From the NCBI GenBank assembly GCA_022827055.1, contig JAJDTR010000075.1:758-64757 (forward strand): a stretch of 64,000 bases of DNA, given 5' to 3'. Made by a program: the position numbers and the translations under genes. The notes under the pieces were generated by a model. It made no database searches, was not told the DNA's origin, and worked only from the letters and a program-made list of their open reading frames with translations. The stretch is from Candidatus Poribacteria bacterium. Its GTDB lineage: Bacteria; Poribacteria; WGA-4E; JAJDTR01. Within the stretch, counting starts at the first letter, position 1; each line of letters opens with the position of its first letter. Positions 28,342 to 37,835 of this stretch are shown piece after piece.

Positions 28342-29091
28342 TTATCTCAATCGTTTAATTGCTCCCCACGATGTCGCCAGCGAATTGAGAAAAGACACGG
28401 ATTGGGGTTTATCCGGTTCAAATTCGAACAATTCCTGCACCTCTTTGGCATCGAATCCGCGGTCATAGATGCGCAGGTCGTCCATGACACCCACAAAAGC
28501 GTTAAGCCCCATGAAACCGAGTTGTATCCTTGAGTCAATTTCCGCAATCTTGCCAACACCGTTGTTATTTCCCATGGCGGCAGCGTTCGTGTAATAGCTT
28601 GCGGTACCCTTATGCAACGTTCCGACGATATGATTCCACTCATCCAGAATCAGTTTCTCCCCGGGCCCTGTCCCTTTCCATACCCCGCCGACACGAATCT
28701 CGATTCGCCCGGCGCCGCTAAGGATATCTATGTTATATTGACCATCCTTGTAGATGGCGCGGTTTTCACCGGCGTGATCTAGTTTCTTCGGCTTGACCCA
28801 AAAGGAGACGGCGAATTCCTTTTCGACCGTCAAGCGTTCTGTCTTGTGGATCACGGCGCTATGAGATTGATCGTCAAAGAGCAAGCCATCGCCGAATTTG
28901 CCGTCCCGAGTTCGCTTGGCAGTGATAATTTGGCCGTCATTTCCGTTGCCGGTTTCGTCTCTAAGTACCTTGTCTTTGCCCTCCATCGGGTAGTAACCGA
29001 TGAGGCCGTCTTCAAAATCGGCAGACACCGGCAACGCCAAAAAAGTCGCAATAATCATTAGAAGAATGCCGAAAGGTAGTTGACTTGTCAT
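28342..29091 (-). CDS. Secreted LamG-like jellyroll (Laminin_G_3 / concanavalin-A-like) protein, paralog 1
   Basis: Signal peptide, then D[FL]EDGL[IV]GYYP[MF]EG...DxSGNGNDG, a typical LamG_3 N-terminus. Paralogous to the 29784 and 30661 genes. Confidence 0.7.
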   Translation of the reverse strand: MTSQLPFGILLMIIATFLALPVSADFEDGLIGYYPMEGKDKVLRDETGNGNDGQIITAKRTRDGKFGDGLLFDDQSHSAVIHKTERLTVEKEFAVSFWVKPKKLDHAGENRAIYKDGQYNIDILSGAGRIEIRVGGVWKGTGPGEKLILDEWNHIVGTLHKGTASYYTNAAAMGNNNGVGKIAEIDSRIQLGFMGLNAFVGVMDDLRIYDRGFDAKEVQELFEFEPDKPQSVSFLNSLATSWGAIKRLR

Positions 29092-29176
29092 TTAAGGCTC
29101 CCCATGTCAAAGTTAATTCTAAATCTTCTCGGGACGGAAACGCCGAAATCCGGAGCGTTCACCTATCTATGGCGTC

Positions 29177-29561
29177 TTAATTCGCTGCCTTCAGATCGCC
29201 CCACGTAGTCAACAGCGCCCCTACCGGAGAAGCCGAAAACGCCCTCGGATTGTGTCCAAACAGTCTCTCAATTTCTTGGTCGTCAAGCGTGCGGTCTCGG
29301 GACTTGCGCTTTCGCATTCTTATTGGAAAACAGCAACCCCTTCCCGAATTTCCCCCCTCTTTCGCGCTTGGCGGTTTGAAGGTTTCCGTCGAGACCATTT
29401 TCGCCGGCGTCCTCAAACTGTTGACCGCTTCCCTCAAACGAGTAATAGGCAACAAGCCCGTCATCGAAGTCGGCGCCGCTCAGAAGTGCGAGCCAACAGA
29501 TGTACGCAGCAACGCCCCAAACAAAACAACGTAGGAGGCGATGGCTTGTCAAGATCGTCAT
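29177..29561 (-). pseudogene. Remnant of a LamG-like paralog, with an internal deletion and a frameshift
   Basis: ORF 29283..29561 encodes only the signal peptide plus the first about 45 aa of the LamG domain (ADFDDGLVAYYSFEGSGQQFEDAGENGLDGNL...). An overlapping ORF in another frame (29177..29464) ends with the family C-terminal tail (...ALLTTWGDLKAAN, compare ...LVTTWGNIKSDQK). The middle, roughly 100 aa, is missing. Confidence 0.6.
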
Positions 29562-29783
29562 CCTCCCGATATGCTCCGCGAATCGCAGATGTTTAATGAG
29601 GCGCCGGTGAGGCAGATTGTGCAGCTTTCGCAGTTAACAAGCCGAGCAGGGAGATTGGCAGGAATCCGGTGAAGTGTTTAGCCCGAATTCGAGGAATTGA
29701 GATGTAGATGAGTCGATTCGTGCATTCTAGCTCAAGCCACACTCCGACCCTCACCCGTATCGCTTGTGTACCGGCGCCAACGG

Positions 29784-30563
29784 TTACTTTTGATCGGATT
29801 TGATGTTACCCCACGTGGTAACCAGCGAGCCGTTGGGAGAGACCGACACGGTCGGATCCAATTGAAACAGCGCTTGAACATCATCTTCGTTGAAGGCGCG
29901 CTCATAGAGCCGAACGTCGTCTAGACTGCCGACCATGCACTGAATTCCCATGTGGCCGAATCGAATCGCGGATTGTGCTACTTGGATAGCAGGGGGAGCG
30001 GCCGTGCCTATCAACTCGCCGTTAACATAGTGCGACGACAGTTGCGCGTTGGCATCGTAGGTGCCCAAAATGTGGTGCCACTCTCCTGTTGCCAGTTCAC
30101 CTCCCGCGGCGGGTGTACCTATCCAAGCATCCGGGTTCTTTACTTCGAAGCGTCCCTTGGCGTGAAGGATATCAAGATTGAGTTGATCGCTGTAGATGAC
30201 TCTGTTTTCGAATTCTGGCCAGGCGTCGCCTGTTGAAAGCGCCTCCGGATGGATCCAAGCGGCGACTGTTACGTCACCCTCGAACGTCAGACTCTCGGAG
30301 CCGGGCGCCGATGCGCTATCGGTGTTGTTGGCGAACCGGATGGCCTTGCCGAATCTGCCATCATCAACTCTTTGAGCCGAACCGAGGTCGCCGTTGTTCC
30401 CCGTGCCGCTCGCATCTTCTAGCGTGTTGTCACTTCCCTCGAACGGATAATGTGCGACAAGCCCATCGTCCAATTGGGCGGACGCCGTCGAAACGGGTCC
30501 CGATAGAATCAAAGCGAGCCCCGCAAATAGTGAAACAATGCCGACAAGTAATTGATTTTTCAT
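29784..30563 (-). CDS. Secreted LamG-like jellyroll protein, paralog 2
   Basis: Start at MKNQLL, preceded by GGAGG. Signal peptide. AQLDDGLVAHYPFEGSDNTLEDASGTGNNGDL motif. Confidence 0.7.
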   Translation of the reverse strand: MKNQLLVGIVSLFAGLALILSGPVSTASAQLDDGLVAHYPFEGSDNTLEDASGTGNNGDLGSAQRVDDGRFGKAIRFANNTDSASAPGSESLTFEGDVTVAAWIHPEALSTGDAWPEFENRVIYSDQLNLDILHAKGRFEVKNPDAWIGTPAAGGELATGEWHHILGTYDANAQLSSHYVNGELIGTAAPPAIQVAQSAIRFGHMGIQCMVGSLDDVRLYERAFNEDDVQALFQLDPTVSVSPNGSLVTTWGNIKSDQK

Positions 30564-30660
30564 TGAGTCTTCCTCCATGTTAGATTTATGTGAGGTTTAG
30601 CAGGAGTACTACTTGGCAGCGATTATATAGGAAACGCCAGCGGAAATCAACTACTTTCCG

Positions 30661-31215
30661 TCAATGCAGGGATGAAGCAATAACGTCCAGTGGACCTGGC
30701 GTTTTGACGGTGTTGACGAGGGTGCCATCGACATAGAATGCACCGGTGTTTCCGCCTGTCGTAAAGGTGCCGGCAATGTGATGCCACACGCCTAGCTTCA
30801 GCGGTTCCGTCCCCGTGAGAGTTCCATGCCATCTCCCGCCAGAAAAAAGATCCAACCGACCACGTCCGTGAAGGAAATCGAAGTTAAATTGATCGGTGAA
30901 AATGAGCCGGTTTTCGCCGTGATAATCCAGCGATTCCGGTCGAATCCAAGCAGAAACTGTCAGATCGTCCTTGATTGTCAGGTCTTCAGATAACCGAACA
31001 AACGCATGGCTGGTGGTGGAGGGAAACCGAATACCTCCGCCGAATCTGCCCTCGGCTCGCTCTGCCGAAAGAAGCAGCCCGTCGTGCCCATTCCCGCTGG
31101 CATCCTCAAAAACGCGACCGCTACCCTCGAACGGATAGTAGGCGATAAGTCCGTCGTTCGGCTCTGCAAATGCGGACAGTATCAAGATGAAATACAGGAG
31201 CATGGACGATGTCAT
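30661..31215 (-). CDS. Secreted LamG-like jellyroll protein, paralog 3, C-terminally truncated (possible pseudogene)
   Basis: 184 aa against 249-264 aa for the other paralogs. It lacks the conserved C-terminal DDLRIY...WG.IK segment. The N-terminal EPNDGLIAYYPFEGSGRVFEDASGNGHDG is intact. Confidence 0.55.
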   Translation of the reverse strand: MTSSMLLYFILILSAFAEPNDGLIAYYPFEGSGRVFEDASGNGHDGLLLSAERAEGRFGGGIRFPSTTSHAFVRLSEDLTIKDDLTVSAWIRPESLDYHGENRLIFTDQFNFDFLHGRGRLDLFSGGRWHGTLTGTEPLKLGVWHHIAGTFTTGGNTGAFYVDGTLVNTVKTPGPLDVIASSLH

Positions 31216-31387
31216 TTGTGGGTTTTGTTACCAGTCCGTGTGGGACATGGGCAAGTTGCACAGTAATGCGTAGTGCGTAATACGTAATGCGTAAGAAAAT
31301 CTGTTAGGCGCAATAAATCGCCATTAAGAGGCATTAAGTGCTTGCTTGAAAAGTGTTCCATGCAAGTGAGGAGGTCGCGATTCGGAA

Positions 31388-31560
31388 GGGGATCTCTATC
31401 GTACTCGTTATCCACTCGTTTGATCGCTCCTACCGAACAGTCGGGTGGAGCGCAAGACGGTCAAAATGCCGCGTTCTATCGACATGGCGCTCCTCCGGAA
31501 GGACAAGATTGTGGGATCTCAATCGTCCTCTTAAATCACTCGGTTAATCTAGTCGGGGGT
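31388..31560. repeat. Intergenic repeat family copy D (two M1-like modules in direct orientation with an M2-like core between them)
   Basis: GGGGATCTCTATCGTACTCGTTATCCACTCGTTTGATCGCTCCTACC ... GGGATCTCAATCGTCCTCTTAAATCACTCGGTTAATC. Confidence 0.6.
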
Positions 31561-31606
31561 CTTAGAGGCTGGTGCGCGGTGCTCACCCTACTTTTCAAAT
31601 AGGTTC

Positions 31607-33514
31607 TTAATCAATCCGTCTACGTTGATACAAAAACCATTCCACAACGCTCAGCACGGCTGCGAGGAAAACGAGGTACACCCAAGGCGGGTATCGCAAG
31701 AGCGACGAACCGCTCAGCGTGACATCCGCCGTCAACAGATCCTCAACTTTGGTGTCAACGCCGATATGCGATTCAGATTCGCTTGCGAGGTTGACCGCCC
31801 ACATCTTTTCGTTGTCGCCGTTTTTCAGCGTATAAAAACCGGCAATCTCGGTCTGATCAAAGAGTATCTCGTCTCGCTCGGCAACGAGTTCCCACGTCCG
31901 CTCTCCAGGTCCGGTGATTGTCACGCTCGTAGGCACATCCGTCCCGTCGCCATCGACGGTCCACGTCAACACCTCGCCGGTATGCAGATGATGTTCCTCA
32001 ACCCCCGAACTTTCTTGAAACCACTGAATAGTGTTGGCAATAATCACCGGAAAGGCAATGCGCAGCGGTAGGTCGGATTGCAGAATGTCAATAGCCGCAA
32101 AAACAATTTTGCGGTTGGGTGTAACATCGACAAACAGCACGGGGTCTTCAAATGAACGGGCTAACACCTCAGCACCGACTGGCGGTGTGACTCGGTACGC
32201 CTCGCCAATTTGCACATTTTCCAGATGAACGTGCCGCAGAATCGGGTGCGTCCGTTCCCAATCGGTGATAATCGGCGTTTCGAGTGATTCGCCGATTTCC
32301 CAACTCGCCGGAGCGGGGCTGTTTTTGGGCGGATGGATAATCATATAATTTCCATCATCGAGCGTCGACGGGCTGAATCGATCAAAGATGACGACGTGGT
32401 ACCCGGTTGCATTCGCATCATAGTCCTCCGGCGCAGTGACGCTGAGGTTCAGATTTTCGTCAACGGAAAGCACTTTTTCGAGGAACGGATTCTCCTCGGT
32501 CACAAGCAGAACCGGGATATGTTCGCGTTTGGGTAGCGCGGCATAGGCAACGTTATCGGTGCGCAGCGCATCCGCAACATCCAAAACCGCTTTGAGTTGT
32601 CCGCCTTCAAATGTGAAATTGCCGAAGATTTCGGATTTGCTTTCGCCGGGAGCGAGCGTGTATGGTCGCACATCAAAGAGGTCTTCGTTGAAATAGAGTT
32701 CGACATTAATCTCCTTCTCCTCCTCCGATGCATTGACCACGGTCAATAGCGTCTGGTAATCGAACGCATTAACGAGACTCTTCCTAACGCGGAATTGAGT
32801 GATGCCAACATTGTCACTCGCGGTACCAACCTGAATCGGATGGAATGCAATCTCTTCATCCGGGTTTTGGAGTTGTGTCAGCATGTCTTCGGAAACCGCT
32901 TGAAAATCGCTAAAGATGACAATTTCAGCGCTCGGTTTTGTACGAGCAACGGCATGCGCCAATTCGAGTGCGGGTTCAAGATTCGTTTTGATGTCCGTTG
33001 GGCGGACTGACTGAATTGCATCTCGCAGCGACTTCTGGTGGTTGGTGAATGGACTATGAATTGTTGGCTTCGCATGGCAACTTATCACCATCATTTCGTC
33101 CATGAAGCGCAGACCTTCTACCATTCGGAGGGCGCGCTGTTTGGCAGACTCCAACCGCGAGTTTGATGCGGCACGATTAGACTCGCGCTCTTCGTCGGAA
33201 GACTCTAGGGCATTCATGCTTGCCGAATGGTCGATTATCAAGATGACATGCCGGGCGGATTTGGTAATGAATGCAAACTGGGGTCGGGCAATCGCGAGCA
33301 CCAGGAGTGTCAAAAACAGGAGTTGAAGCAGCAATGACAACAGGTGCTTCAGTTTTTGGAACAGCGATGTCGTCTGTTTCTCTTTGAATAGCTGCTCCCA
33401 AAACATCAGCGTGGAGACTGGTTCGCGGCGGCGGCGGAGTTTGAGAATGTACAGAAGGACGATCGGAGCGGCGAGACCAAACAGAAGAAGAGATGTCGGG
33501 GATAGGAAGTTCAT
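31607..33514 (-). CDS. BatA-like aerotolerance-type protein: N-terminal double-TM domain + von Willebrand factor A (MIDAS DxSxS) domain
   Basis: N-terminal LLLFGLAAPIVLLYILKLRRRR (BatA N-domain pattern). VILIIDHSASM MIDAS motif. Last gene of the MoxR operon. Confidence 0.75.
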   Translation of the reverse strand: MNFLSPTSLLLFGLAAPIVLLYILKLRRRREPVSTLMFWEQLFKEKQTTSLFQKLKHLLSLLLQLLFLTLLVLAIARPQFAFITKSARHVILIIDHSASMNALESSDEERESNRAASNSRLESAKQRALRMVEGLRFMDEMMVISCHAKPTIHSPFTNHQKSLRDAIQSVRPTDIKTNLEPALELAHAVARTKPSAEIVIFSDFQAVSEDMLTQLQNPDEEIAFHPIQVGTASDNVGITQFRVRKSLVNAFDYQTLLTVVNASEEEKEINVELYFNEDLFDVRPYTLAPGESKSEIFGNFTFEGGQLKAVLDVADALRTDNVAYAALPKREHIPVLLVTEENPFLEKVLSVDENLNLSVTAPEDYDANATGYHVVIFDRFSPSTLDDGNYMIIHPPKNSPAPASWEIGESLETPIITDWERTHPILRHVHLENVQIGEAYRVTPPVGAEVLARSFEDPVLFVDVTPNRKIVFAAIDILQSDLPLRIAFPVIIANTIQWFQESSGVEEHHLHTGEVLTWTVDGDGTDVPTSVTITGPGERTWELVAERDEILFDQTEIAGFYTLKNGDNEKMWAVNLASESESHIGVDTKVEDLLTADVTLSGSSLLRYPPWVYLVFLAAVLSVVEWFLYQRRRID

Positions 33515-33578
33515 GGTGTTGTCGGGAAATCTTGGCGCTCGGGACCACTAATTGGACGAAGGTAGAGCGTCGCGGGTG

Positions 33579-34466
33579 TCAAGACACGAACCCGCCCATG
33601 CGGAAGATTCGCAGGATTAACTCTTCAAAGGGGGATTGCGTCGTTGTTCGCACGAGACCAATCTCGCATTGGATACAGTATCGGTCGAGTTCGTCGCAAT
33701 ACTTTTGAAAGAGGGCTTTGTAGCGTTTAAGGTGATTCTCGTTGATGGTGACGGGGCGAAGTTCATTTGTTTCGACATCCACAAGATGGTAGTCGCCGAG
33801 CAGCCCAGGATTCGTCTCTTTCTCGTCAACAATGTGAATTACAAACAGGTCGTGCTTCTGAAACTTCAACACATTCAACCCGGCAGCGAACCCGCTCGGG
33901 TCAAAGAGATCGGAAATCAGCACAATGAGTCCGCGGCGTTTTGTAGTATGCACGAAGTTCCTAAATGACCGCTCCAAGTTCGTTTCGCCGGCACCGTCAA
34001 TCCCCTCAAGAAAGTCGAGCACGGTGAAGATTTTTCCTTTCCCGCGCTCCGTGGGCAGCCGATTGGCATCTTCGTCCGTAAAGGCGGAGATACTCACGCG
34101 GTCCAGGTTGGATAACCCGATGTAAGCTAACGCGGCGGCAACACGCTTGGCATAAATCAGCTTCGGCAATTCACCGTAGGTCATCGACCGGCTCGCGTCG
34201 ACGAGAAAATAGATGTGCAGGTCTTCCCGTTCCTCGTAAAGTTTCAGCAGGAGTTCGTCAAGTCGGGCGAAAGCGTTCCAATCAATATAGCGGAAATCGT
34301 CGCCTGCCGTGTAGTTGCGGTAATCGGCAAATTCTACGCTCACCCCTCGCCGTGTGCTGCGGCGCTCGGCTTTGATTCTCCCGGCAAAAATCTTCTTGGA
34401 GACTATGTAGAGGTATTCCAGTTTCTTGAGGAATTCGCTGTCGAAGGCTGATTGCGTGTTGTTCAT
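33579..34466 (-). CDS. DUF58-family protein (vWA-like; MoxR partner)
   Basis: Characteristic GxxxSxxRGxGxEFxxxREYxxGDDxRxIDW core (RRGVSVEFADYRNYTAGDDFRYIDW). Confidence 0.8.
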   Translation of the reverse strand: MNNTQSAFDSEFLKKLEYLYIVSKKIFAGRIKAERRSTRRGVSVEFADYRNYTAGDDFRYIDWNAFARLDELLLKLYEEREDLHIYFLVDASRSMTYGELPKLIYAKRVAAALAYIGLSNLDRVSISAFTDEDANRLPTERGKGKIFTVLDFLEGIDGAGETNLERSFRNFVHTTKRRGLIVLISDLFDPSGFAAGLNVLKFQKHDLFVIHIVDEKETNPGLLGDYHLVDVETNELRPVTINENHLKRYKALFQKYCDELDRYCIQCEIGLVRTTTQSPFEELILRIFRMGGFVS

Positions 34467-34636
34467 ATGCGATTGGAAGCGTTTCTCGGGGAAGGACGGT
34501 CAAGATTGAAGATGGTATCGCGAGATCGCGAAAGAGTAATCGCAAGAAGGGCTAATGAATTTGGCACAAAATCTATCGTACTACAAGGGATGTTAAACCA
34601 TAGCTTCACCACATTTCGAGAGAATCGCATCACTCA

Positions 34637-35620
34637 TTATTGAATCTCCTCGAGCAAGTGCTGGATGATTCCATCGGGATCAATGCCTTCCGCTTCCCCT
34701 TCAAAACTGAGGATGAGGCGGTGTCGAAGGCTCGGCAACGCGACCGACTGAATATCCTCGCGGGAGACATTGTAGCGACCGTCAAGAATCGCTTTAACCT
34801 TGGCGCCGAGAATCAACGATTGTGCGCCGCGCGGGCTTGATCCGTAACGTACGTATTTTCGCGTGATTTCAGGCGCTTCCTCCGCATCCGGATGCGTGCT
34901 TAGCACAATCCGCAGCGCATACCTTCGCACATCTTCGGCAATGATGATATCGCGGACGATCTGTTCCAACGCGTTGATCTCCGCGCCGTCGCTAACCTTC
35001 TCGACTGATGGAACCTCGCGTTTCGTGGTGCGTTCCATTACGAGGTCAAGTTCCTCGAGGTTGGGATATTCAACCTTGAGTTTGAAGAAGAAGCGATCGA
35101 GTTGGGCTTCGGGAAGTGGATAGGTACCCTCCATCTCAAGAGGGTTTTGCGTTGCCATGACAAAGAAAGGCAGACTTAACGCACGGTGCTGACCGGCGAC
35201 GGTTACGGATTTTTCCTGCATCGCCTCCAACAGCGCCGATTGCGTTTTTGGTGTTGCACGATTGATTTCGTCGGCGAGGATCAGATTCGCGAACACGGGA
35301 CCACGCTGAAATTCGAAGAATTTTCGACCCTCATCATCTTCGGCGACGACGTTGGTGCCGATGATGTCGGCGGGCATCAGGTCGGGAGTAAATTGAATGC
35401 GGGAAAACTCGAGATCCAGTACCTCGTGCAGTGTCCGTATAAGCAGGGTTTTGCCCAAGCCGGGAACGCCTTCCAACAGCGCGTGCCCGCCTGTCATCAG
35501 ACAGATAAGCACGCCCTCAATAATCTCTTTCTGACCGACGATGCGTTTGGAAACTTCGTCTTGTATCTTCAGGAAGGTCTCGCGAAATTCCTGATACTGT
35601 TGTTCAGCTTGATTGGACAT
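34637..35620 (-). CDS. MoxR-family AAA+ ATPase
   Basis: Walker A GVPGLGKT and Walker B LLADEINRA. 327 aa, typical of MoxR. Confidence 0.9.
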   Translation of the reverse strand: MSNQAEQQYQEFRETFLKIQDEVSKRIVGQKEIIEGVLICLMTGGHALLEGVPGLGKTLLIRTLHEVLDLEFSRIQFTPDLMPADIIGTNVVAEDDEGRKFFEFQRGPVFANLILADEINRATPKTQSALLEAMQEKSVTVAGQHRALSLPFFVMATQNPLEMEGTYPLPEAQLDRFFFKLKVEYPNLEELDLVMERTTKREVPSVEKVSDGAEINALEQIVRDIIIAEDVRRYALRIVLSTHPDAEEAPEITRKYVRYGSSPRGAQSLILGAKVKAILDGRYNVSREDIQSVALPSLRHRLILSFEGEAEGIDPDGIIQHLLEEIQ

Positions 35621-35628
35621 TTTACTCC

Positions 35629-37080
35629 CTACTCATCGCTCGGTTTGATTGATTCAAAGTAGCGTTTCACATAAAATTTGTAACCCAGCGGAATCTGTTC
35701 TTGCGTGAGGGCATCCTCGGAGAGTTTCTGATACTTGGTGTAAGCATCCTTGTAACTGACACCGGATTGCTGCCCCTCCGGGGATGATGCAACGGTTTGG
35801 ACAGCGGATGCACCTTCGCCCTGCACGCCGGTGATGCGCGTGAGATTCAGCGCGGAATCGAGTGATGTCAGTTCGCCGAGCTGACTTGCGGAAATTCCCT
35901 TGCCCGCCTTTTTACCACCTGCCGCCATACCTCCGCCGCTGCAAATACCGGCGATACCCGCTTTACACGCTTGACATTCGGAGAGCAATTTTGCCAGTCG
36001 CCAGTTGCGCTTCTTCAGCAGCCCAAAGTTGCGAATTTTTCGGCTCGATTTACTTAGGCGCGTTTGCGTGCCTTCACTATCGCCGGCGTCTAATGCTTCC
36101 CCTGCTCCGGATAGCTCAGAACCGAGTCCATCAAAGTCGGTGTTCTGCAAACCTTTTCCACCCCGTTTCAGTGCGTCGGAGATGTTTTGCCGTTTCTCTT
36201 TGTCAATCTTTGGAACTGTCTTCGCTACCTTGTCGAGGTCGGAAGCGGCTTGTTGGTAATCGCCGCGTTTCAACCGTTGTCCAAACTCGCCAAGATACGG
36301 ATTTCCAACAAACTGCTGTCCGAGCCCTCTCATCAATTCTTCCTGCCTTGCCATCTTGACGGGATCGACCTTGGTTTTCAGCAATGCGCTCAACTCCGTC
36401 ATACGGGCAAGTGCTTCCTTGGGCGCAATCTGCGGTTTTTTCAACTCAAGCGCTCGTTCTTCAATCTGGTTCAAAATGTCCTTGAGTTCTTGGTCTTCGT
36501 CCTGTTCGGCTTCCTTTTTTGCTTCCGTGATTTGCTTCAGCAGGGACTCTGCCTCGGCAGCGATTTGCGGTGAGAAGTCGATTTCGGTTGAAATTGCCGG
36601 GGGTGCGAAAAATTCAATGAACGAGAGCGTAACGAGAAACACGGCGATGAGGAGGACAAATTTTGTCTCTCGCGGAACGGTGTAACGCGCAACTTTAGCT
36701 ACGGGAACCGCTTGTAACCTGTTGGATGTGTCTCGAAGTTGAAGTGTCGTGAGAGTTTCATCGGTTTGATGTTGAATCTGCTCCAACCCGCTTACGACAC
36801 GGTCCTTAAGCGATGCGCCCATGTCAATTGACCGTGCGGCGTCATAGAGGCTCACCGGTCGAATAAGGCGAACAACCAAAGCGATTAGAGCAATGCCAAG
36901 CGCCATCCAGAGAAGCGTCCACTGCGGGATATTGAAGGTAGTCAAACTGTCGATTAATAGCACCGGTAGACACGCCAGAGAGCCGTAGAATAGAAACTGC
37001 GCAAGGGTTTGAAAATACCGCTGCACGGTCAAGCGAGAACGTACTTGTCGGATTTTGGTGAGGATCAGTTCTTCAGGCAT
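35629..37080 (-). CDS. Membrane protein (two TM regions, then a long low-complexity/coiled periplasmic region), first gene of the MoxR-DUF58-vWA operon
   Basis: 483 aa. TM pairs near residues 30-70 and 150-175. Lys/Glu/Gln-rich C-terminal half. Its stop lies 8 bp before the moxR start. Confidence 0.55.
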   Translation of the reverse strand: MPEELILTKIRQVRSRLTVQRYFQTLAQFLFYGSLACLPVLLIDSLTTFNIPQWTLLWMALGIALIALVVRLIRPVSLYDAARSIDMGASLKDRVVSGLEQIQHQTDETLTTLQLRDTSNRLQAVPVAKVARYTVPRETKFVLLIAVFLVTLSFIEFFAPPAISTEIDFSPQIAAEAESLLKQITEAKKEAEQDEDQELKDILNQIEERALELKKPQIAPKEALARMTELSALLKTKVDPVKMARQEELMRGLGQQFVGNPYLGEFGQRLKRGDYQQAASDLDKVAKTVPKIDKEKRQNISDALKRGGKGLQNTDFDGLGSELSGAGEALDAGDSEGTQTRLSKSSRKIRNFGLLKKRNWRLAKLLSECQACKAGIAGICSGGGMAAGGKKAGKGISASQLGELTSLDSALNLTRITGVQGEGASAVQTVASSPEGQQSGVSYKDAYTKYQKLSEDALTQEQIPLGYKFYVKRYFESIKPSDE

Positions 37081-37182
37081 CGGTCAACTCCTTTCTCAGC
37101 TAATACGGGGTTGCTCTGCAATTTTATAACACATCGGTAACATCGGTAAAAACCTCAATGCCGAGTTTTTCGGCGACATCAA

Positions 37183-37809
37183 TTACACCGGGCTTGAAAA
37201 ATGGACATACAACCAGTTCCGATCAACTTTCCGATTTTCCTGGGCTTCGTAGAATTCGACAACGCGCTCCAACGTATAAACGTCGGATCGATTCATTGAG
37301 GATTTAATCTCGATAAGCATGAGTTTACCGTCCCGAATCACGACATCTATTTCAACCTGAGCTGGATGACCATGAACGCGTCCTTCCGTGTCGTGCTTGA
37401 TATAGTTTTCTACCTCAAAACCCAAGTCGCTCAAGATACCGCTCAGGGCTTCGCGGAATGACGCTTCGGACTGAACCCCCCACCGAGCACCGATAGCGTG
37501 TACCGTTCGGTCTAGCTTTGCCACATTCTTATCGGTCTGTTGCTGGGCTAGGGCTAAGTCCTTAACCGTGGCAGAGAGTTCCGCGACGGATTCGTCTGTC
37601 CTTGTCTGTATTTGTGCAAGTTCTTTGACGCTTTGTTCGGTGTCTTTCTGTGCTTGTGCAAGTTCTTTGATGCTTTGTTCAGTCTCGTTTCGGGCCTGGG
37701 CGGCTTCCCTCAACGCGGCGCGCGTCTCCTTCTGATCTCGGGCTAATTCGGCGACAATTTCCTCTAAACGCACTGAATCCTCCATATTCGTTGCTCCGGC
37801 AGTTGCCAA
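37183..37809 (-). CDS. Coiled-coil + C-terminal PD-(D/E)XK-like domain protein (DUF3782-like architecture)
   Basis: The N-terminal half contains a 14-aa tandem duplication (EQSIKELAQAQKDT / EQSVKELAQIQTRT), encoded by two 42-bp DNA units at 37606-37689. The C-terminus ...VEIDVVIRDGKLMLIEIKSSM fits a D-x(n)-(D/E)-x-K nuclease-fold motif. An alternative start is Met9, which has a GGAG upstream. Confidence 0.5.
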   Translation of the reverse strand: MATAGATNMEDSVRLEEIVAELARDQKETRAALREAAQARNETEQSIKELAQAQKDTEQSVKELAQIQTRTDESVAELSATVKDLALAQQQTDKNVAKLDRTVHAIGARWGVQSEASFREALSGILSDLGFEVENYIKHDTEGRVHGHPAQVEIDVVIRDGKLMLIEIKSSMNRSDVYTLERVVEFYEAQENRKVDRNWLYVHFSSPV

Positions 37810-37835
37810 ACTATCTTACTTCTCACTTCAGATTG

